Below the pieces are notes generated by a model. It did no database searches. It saw nothing but the letters and a program-made list of their open reading frames with translations, and was not told the origin of the DNA. From the NCBI GenBank assembly GCA_965218425.1, contig OZ244621.1, forward strand, positions 2,688,001 to 2,752,000: a DNA stretch of 64,000 bases, written 5' to 3'. The stretch is from an uncultured Candidatus Binatia bacterium. GTDB lineage: Bacteria; Desulfobacterota; Binatia; UBA9968; CAXXLF01. Shown here piece after piece: positions 60,594-64,000 of the stretch; the first letter of the stretch is position 1; each line of letters opens with the position of its first letter. The translations under genes were made by a program, and so were the position numbers.

Positions 60594-60610
60594 CCGAGGT
60601 GTATGGCTGT

Positions 60611-60880
60611 GACCTTTTCTTGTTGCGGCTATTCGCCGTAAGGCGAATTGAAAAATCGGGTGAATTCAGGCAACTCCAAGTCCCAAGCGAAATCGAAGGA
60701 TAGGGGAATCCTGAGCGAAGCCCGCCGAAGGGGAATTTAGTAGGCAGGAACGTGCAGAGACTAGAGGTTGAGGACCCTGCCAATAAAACCTCGCTGGCGT
60801 CCGGCACCCATTTCTCAAATGTTTGAAGAGATATGGGTGATGAGATAGTCCAAGCCCGGTAGAAATATCAGGAGTACTTG
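60611..60880 (+). ncRNA. Group I self-splicing intron (~270 nt, no ORF)
   Basis: IGS GCGGCTAT pairs with upstream ATGGCTGT (U.G at the 5' splice site). P2 TTCGCC-GTAA-GGCGAA; P4 TTCAGG/CCTGAG; R GCAGAGACTAGA; S GAGATAGTCC; P8 ACCCAT/ATGGGT; P9 with GAAA loop; terminal G at 60880. Confidence 0.9.
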
Positions 60881-60921
60881 TAACCACCGTGTCGGGGGTT
60901 CGAGTCCCTCCCGGGGAGCCA
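60881..60921 (+). tRNA. tRNA-Asn(GUU) 3' half (positions 36-76) only
   Basis: T-AA-CCACC-GTGTC-GGGGG-TTCGAGT-CCCTC-CCGGGGA-G-CCA. A72/G73 and the spliced loop CT-GTT-AA indicate Asn. The expected 5' half (TCCCCGG...GGTGG) is not upstream. Confidence 0.85.
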
Positions 60922-60960
60922 TTTTTTCGGGGGCGAACTACAGCGCCTCGATAGTTAACG

Positions 60961-60994
60961 CGAGGCCCTGGAGGGTGACCCCTTCGGGGCTTCG
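60961..60994 (+). other. Strong hairpin downstream of the tRNA half
   Basis: CGAGGCCCTGGAGGG-TGAC-CCCTTCGGGGCTTCG (with G.U pairs); possible terminator or processing signal. Confidence 0.45.
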
Positions 60995-61063
60995 TCGTAT
61001 CTAGCCATTTTTCAAGCAGTTACGCCCCCTCCTACATGCTCCTCGATTCTCCGGTTCTCCAAC

Positions 61064-61380
61064 CGGACGCCGCGGGGTGTCTGCAGGGCGCTCCCCAAGT
61101 TGTTCACGGTCAGCGAGATCGGGCTGACCCCTGGCGCTGCTGCGGTGTCTGGGCACGACGAACGTGATCGACAACACCCACTCGGAGATGCCCCAGCGAA
61201 TGCGGCGGGTGACTCGGCAGAGGGACGGATCCGCTGGGCGGCCGCCTCGTTCCTGGACGCCGAGAGGAACTACTACACGATCATGGGCTGCCCGGATCTC
61301 CGGATGCTCGAGGCGCTCCTGCACGAGCTCGGCGCTCCGGTTGCGAGAAGAGGCTGCGTCGCAGGACCCGGATACGGTCT
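61064..61380 (+). pseudogene. IS256-family transposase C-terminal remnant
   Basis: Across frames: LFTVSEIGL / LRCLGTTNVIDNTHS..QRMRRVTR..RDG / RWAAASFLDAERNY..IMG..DL. Confidence 0.72.
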
Positions 61381-61404
61381 CCGCAAAAAAACAATTCAAA
61401 TCGC

Positions 61405-61456
61405 TTGACAGTCTATATCTGCGTTTATATACTGCTATATCAATGGTGATATAGCA
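61405..61456 (+). promoter_or_regulatory. Sigma70 promoter and palindromic operator of padR
   Basis: TTGACA(61405)-17 nt-TATACT(61428); perfect inverted repeat TGCTATATCA-ATGG-TGATATAGCA at 61433-61456. Confidence 0.8.
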
Positions 61457-61457
61457 T

Positions 61458-62099
61458 ATGAGCCTCGACCACATTCTCCTCGCCCTGCTTCACGAACCGT
61501 CGACCGGCTACGACCTCAAGGCGGCGTTCTCCGATCGGATTCGGCAATTCTGGTCCGCCGAGATCAGTCAGATCTACCCCACCTTGAAGCGCCTCGAGCG
61601 GCGACGTTTGCTCCAGAGCCGGGTGGAGCAGTCGTCGAAGGGGCCGAACCGGAAGGTTTATGCGCTGACAGTTGCCGGCCGGGAGGAGCTGCTGGACTGG
61701 CTTCGCGGTGGTCCGGTGATCGGCACGGAACGTTTCGCCTATCTCGCCCAGCTCTACTTCATGGATGCTACTGGTGACATCCGGGAGACACGGGCGTTCA
61801 TGATCAGTCTCCGGGACCATCTCGCCCGCTGGCTCACCCACCTGCAGGCGATTGAACGTGAGGTGACCGACACCGCCGGCCACGCGCCGGAGCGCTATAG
61901 CGACGCCGGCTTCCATCGCTTCGCGGCGCTCCGCATGGGCATCCATTCCGTCGGGTCGAAGGTGGTCTGGTGCGATGAAACGATCGCGGCGATCGACCGG
62001 CGTCTCGCGGGCGGCCCACACGACGCTGCGCCGAGCCCCTCCGTCTCTCTGCCCGCTCATCCAGACGCACCCGCAACGAGAAAGGACGGTAGGTCATGA
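61458..62099 (+). CDS. PadR-family transcriptional regulator
   Basis: LLALL..PSTGYDL, SQIYPTLKRLE, RKVYALT..GREEL..WL. Confidence 0.92.
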   Translation: MSLDHILLALLHEPSTGYDLKAAFSDRIRQFWSAEISQIYPTLKRLERRRLLQSRVEQSSKGPNRKVYALTVAGREELLDWLRGGPVIGTERFAYLAQLYFMDATGDIRETRAFMISLRDHLARWLTHLQAIEREVTDTAGHAPERYSDAGFHRFAALRMGIHSVGSKVVWCDETIAAIDRRLAGGPHDAAPSPSVSLPAHPDAPATRKDGRS

Positions 62100-62251
62100 C
62101 CTTGCTGCTCGACCTCGTCATCTGGGCAAACGTCGCCACCGGGTTCGTCGGCCTTGCGGCGTTCCGGGCTCGGTCCCCTTGGCTGCCTCGGGGTGGCGAC
62201 GATATAGCTCCGATTGGCATCCTTGTCACCCCGTCGGAGGTCTCCGTCTGA
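62096..62251 (+). CDS. 51-aa ORF translationally coupled on both sides (possible deletion remnant)
   Basis: ATGA overlap with padR and TGATG overlap with the next gene; MTLLLDLVIWANVATGFVGLAAF... Confidence 0.4.
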   Translation: MTLLLDLVIWANVATGFVGLAAFRARSPWLPRGGDDIAPIGILVTPSEVSV

Positions 62252-62919
62252 TGCCGTACGACATATTGCTCGTCATACACATTACAGCAGGGTCAGTCGC
62301 CCTGCTCATGGCAGTGATCGCGCTCGTTACAGCGAAAGGTGGGCGTCATCACGTACTGGCGGGAAGGGTTTACGCCTCCGCGATGACAGTAATATTTCTT
62401 ACCGCGTTGCCGCTGGCGATACTCGGCTCAAGCGTATTCCTGCTGCTCATTGCCGTATTCAGCTTCTATCTGGTCTTCGCCGGTTGGCGCTTTGCCCGCA
62501 ACCGCCGCGGACGTCCTCAACCGGTGGACTGGTCTGCCGTCGCGGCAATGGGGGTAACCGGCCTGGCGATGTGGGGCTACGGAATCGCCCTGGCCGCCGG
62601 CGGCGACGACCAATGGGTAACCATGCTCTTTCTCGGCGGCATCGCGGTGGCCCTGAGCCTCGTTGACACCCGATACTATTTTCGCCTCGCCAGGGAGCGG
62701 AGGCCGTCTGGCGGTAGGCGCATCAAGCGGCACCTTACCAATATGCTCGCCGGAACCATCAGCACCGTTACCGCCGTGTTCGTCGTAAATGTAGACACGA
62801 ACCCGGCGTGGCTGGCGTGGATTCTGCCCACAGTCGTCATCACTCCGCTAATCGTCTGGTGGAACATGCGCGTCCGCAGGCGGATGGGCGGACCGGAGCC
62901 GCGTCACGAAGGTGGATAA
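62251..62919 (+). CDS. Membrane protein, DUF2306-like
   Basis: IHITAG, KGGRHHVLAGRVY, HLTNMLAG, WILP. RBS GGAGG. Confidence 0.75.
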   Translation: MPYDILLVIHITAGSVALLMAVIALVTAKGGRHHVLAGRVYASAMTVIFLTALPLAILGSSVFLLLIAVFSFYLVFAGWRFARNRRGRPQPVDWSAVAAMGVTGLAMWGYGIALAAGGDDQWVTMLFLGGIAVALSLVDTRYYFRLARERRPSGGRRIKRHLTNMLAGTISTVTAVFVVNVDTNPAWLAWILPTVVITPLIVWWNMRVRRRMGGPEPRHEGG

Positions 62920-63189
62920 TCGCCCACCCGGGCGGCTGCCATTTCGGCGCGCTTCATCTGCCTTGCTGCCGTCATCCCGGTGAAAGCTGGAATCCAGTCC
63001 CTCCACAAAGCTCAGCACACATCTGAAGGCAGTCTTTATCGCGTCCTCTGGGCTTGGGCTTGCTGCGTATTGGATCGCCGGGACGCAATTAATGAGCTAT
63101 TGAATTGCGTCTGGTGCGCTTAGAAGCTCTTTTGAAAGGGGAGCAGTGGCCGTTATGGATCGCCGTAAGGGACAGAGCCAGTGCTCACC

Positions 63190-63250
63190 TGGTATGACAA
63201 GCGGGTCTGTTTCATAGACCTTTTGGATGAACAGTCGGGTCATATGCTTT
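63190..63250 (-). pseudogene. IS91-family transposase C-terminal remnant
   Basis: RLFIQKVYETDPLV resembles the WARLIxKVYExDPLxC motif. Confidence 0.5.
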
Positions 63251-63323
63251 CTCTCGACACCCTTTGAATGTTTCTTCACTCGTGCTAGGATCTTAATAGT
63301 CTTCGAAGTTCCTCAAAGGATAA

Positions 63324-64000
63324 ATGAGTATCCAACAAACAAACCTAGAAAATCATTCTTTAAGGCCGGAGAAAGTAACATTTACCGGAGGGCAAGGTGA
63401 GCTCGCTGGTTTTTTCTTTTTACCTCCGGGTAGAGGACCATTTCCTTGTGTAATAGACAATCACGGTAGTGGCATATCTCCTGGGACAACCGACCTATCA
63501 CACCCGCAAACAGCAGCATTATTTTTATCTTGGGGTTGTGCTTATTTTTTCCCGCACCGTGCCGGATATGGTGATTCATCAGGGACACCACTCGCAGAAG
63601 CAGTTTCTGCCGCGCGGGGTACAACAGAACATGATCATCAGTTGTCTGAAAGGCTTAAAATGGAGAACCGCGATGTTATTGCAGCGCTTAACTTTGCATC
63701 GACACGCGGAGAGATAGATGAAACACGTATTGTAGTTATGGGAAGTTCGCTGGGCGGAATCCATACTTTGTTAGCCCTCGCCGCGGATACCCGTTGGCAA
63801 TGTGGAATTGATTTTTCTGGTGGTGCCAGCCAGTGGGCGCAACACCCTAAGATAAAACAAATGCTATTAGACGCGGTAGCTGCCCTAACACAACCTATTT
63901 TCTTAATTCAGCCCAAAAACGATTTCAATATTGCGCCAACGAATGAGTTAGGTGCGTTATTAAAAGAGGGTCGCCATAAATATATAGCAAAAATCTTTCC
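63324..64000 (+). CDS. Dienelactone-hydrolase-like alpha/beta hydrolase, runs off the window
   Basis: Translated by hand: MSIQQ...PPGRGPFPCVIDNHGS...HRAGYGDS...RIVVMGSSLGG. Open to 64000; RBS AAGGA; AT-richer than the flanks. Confidence 0.8.
   Translation, partial: MSIQQTNLENHSLRPEKVTFTGGQGELAGFFFLPPGRGPFPCVIDNHGSGISPGTTDLSHPQTAALFLSWGCAYFFPHRAGYGDSSGTPLAEAVSAARGTTEHDHQLSERLKMENRDVIAALNFASTRGEIDETRIVVMGSSLGGIHTLLALAADTRWQCGIDFSGGASQWAQHPKIKQMLLDAVAALTQPIFLIQPKNDFNIAPTNELGALLKEGRHKYIAKIF

Noticed and set aside
60576..60610. Degenerate tRNA 5' half overlapping the Mut7-C 3' end
   Set aside because: It cannot form a full acceptor stem with CCGGGGA or a D arm; only the last 7 nt match contiguously.
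60929..61000. GGGGGCGAA as a tmRNA start or permuted tRNA 5' half
   Set aside because: No downstream TTCGAC motif, tag ORF or D arm.
63382..63764. Short ORFs near the window end
   Set aside because: Explained by the continuous hydrolase frame starting at 63324.

Overview
A mostly core-chromosomal, GC-rich bacterial window. The many CaiB, UbiD, amidohydrolase and solute-binding-protein paralogues and the nested palindromic intergenic repeats suggest a deltaproteobacterial-type organism such as Ca. Binatia; this is an inference. From left to right it contains: a partial oligoendopeptidase F; an IS630 between two copies of a ~100-nt hairpin repeat; an aromatic-catabolism cluster (hydroxycinnamoyl-CoA hydratase/lyase, acyl-CoA dehydrogenase, tandem CaiB, LigX-like Rieske oxygenase, two ABC binding proteins, a permease and two amidohydrolases); ilvD; clpS-clpA; rlpA; a two-gene nitrile/thiocyanate hydrolase with an unusual beta(N)-alpha fusion; a CaiB pair divergent from a phthaloyl-CoA-decarboxylase-like UbiD; ileS-lspA; a second UbiD; a sigma54/NtrC-type amtB-glnA-PII operon; ispH; AsmA; and an ABC exporter pair. 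An island-like end carries IS256 and IS91 remnants and a PadR module. The most striking feature is a structurally complete group I intron (60611-60880) joined to a perfect tRNA-Asn 3' half at anticodon position 35/36, with no tRNA 5' half in front of it. All family calls come from motif recognition and recalled sequences; no database searches were run.
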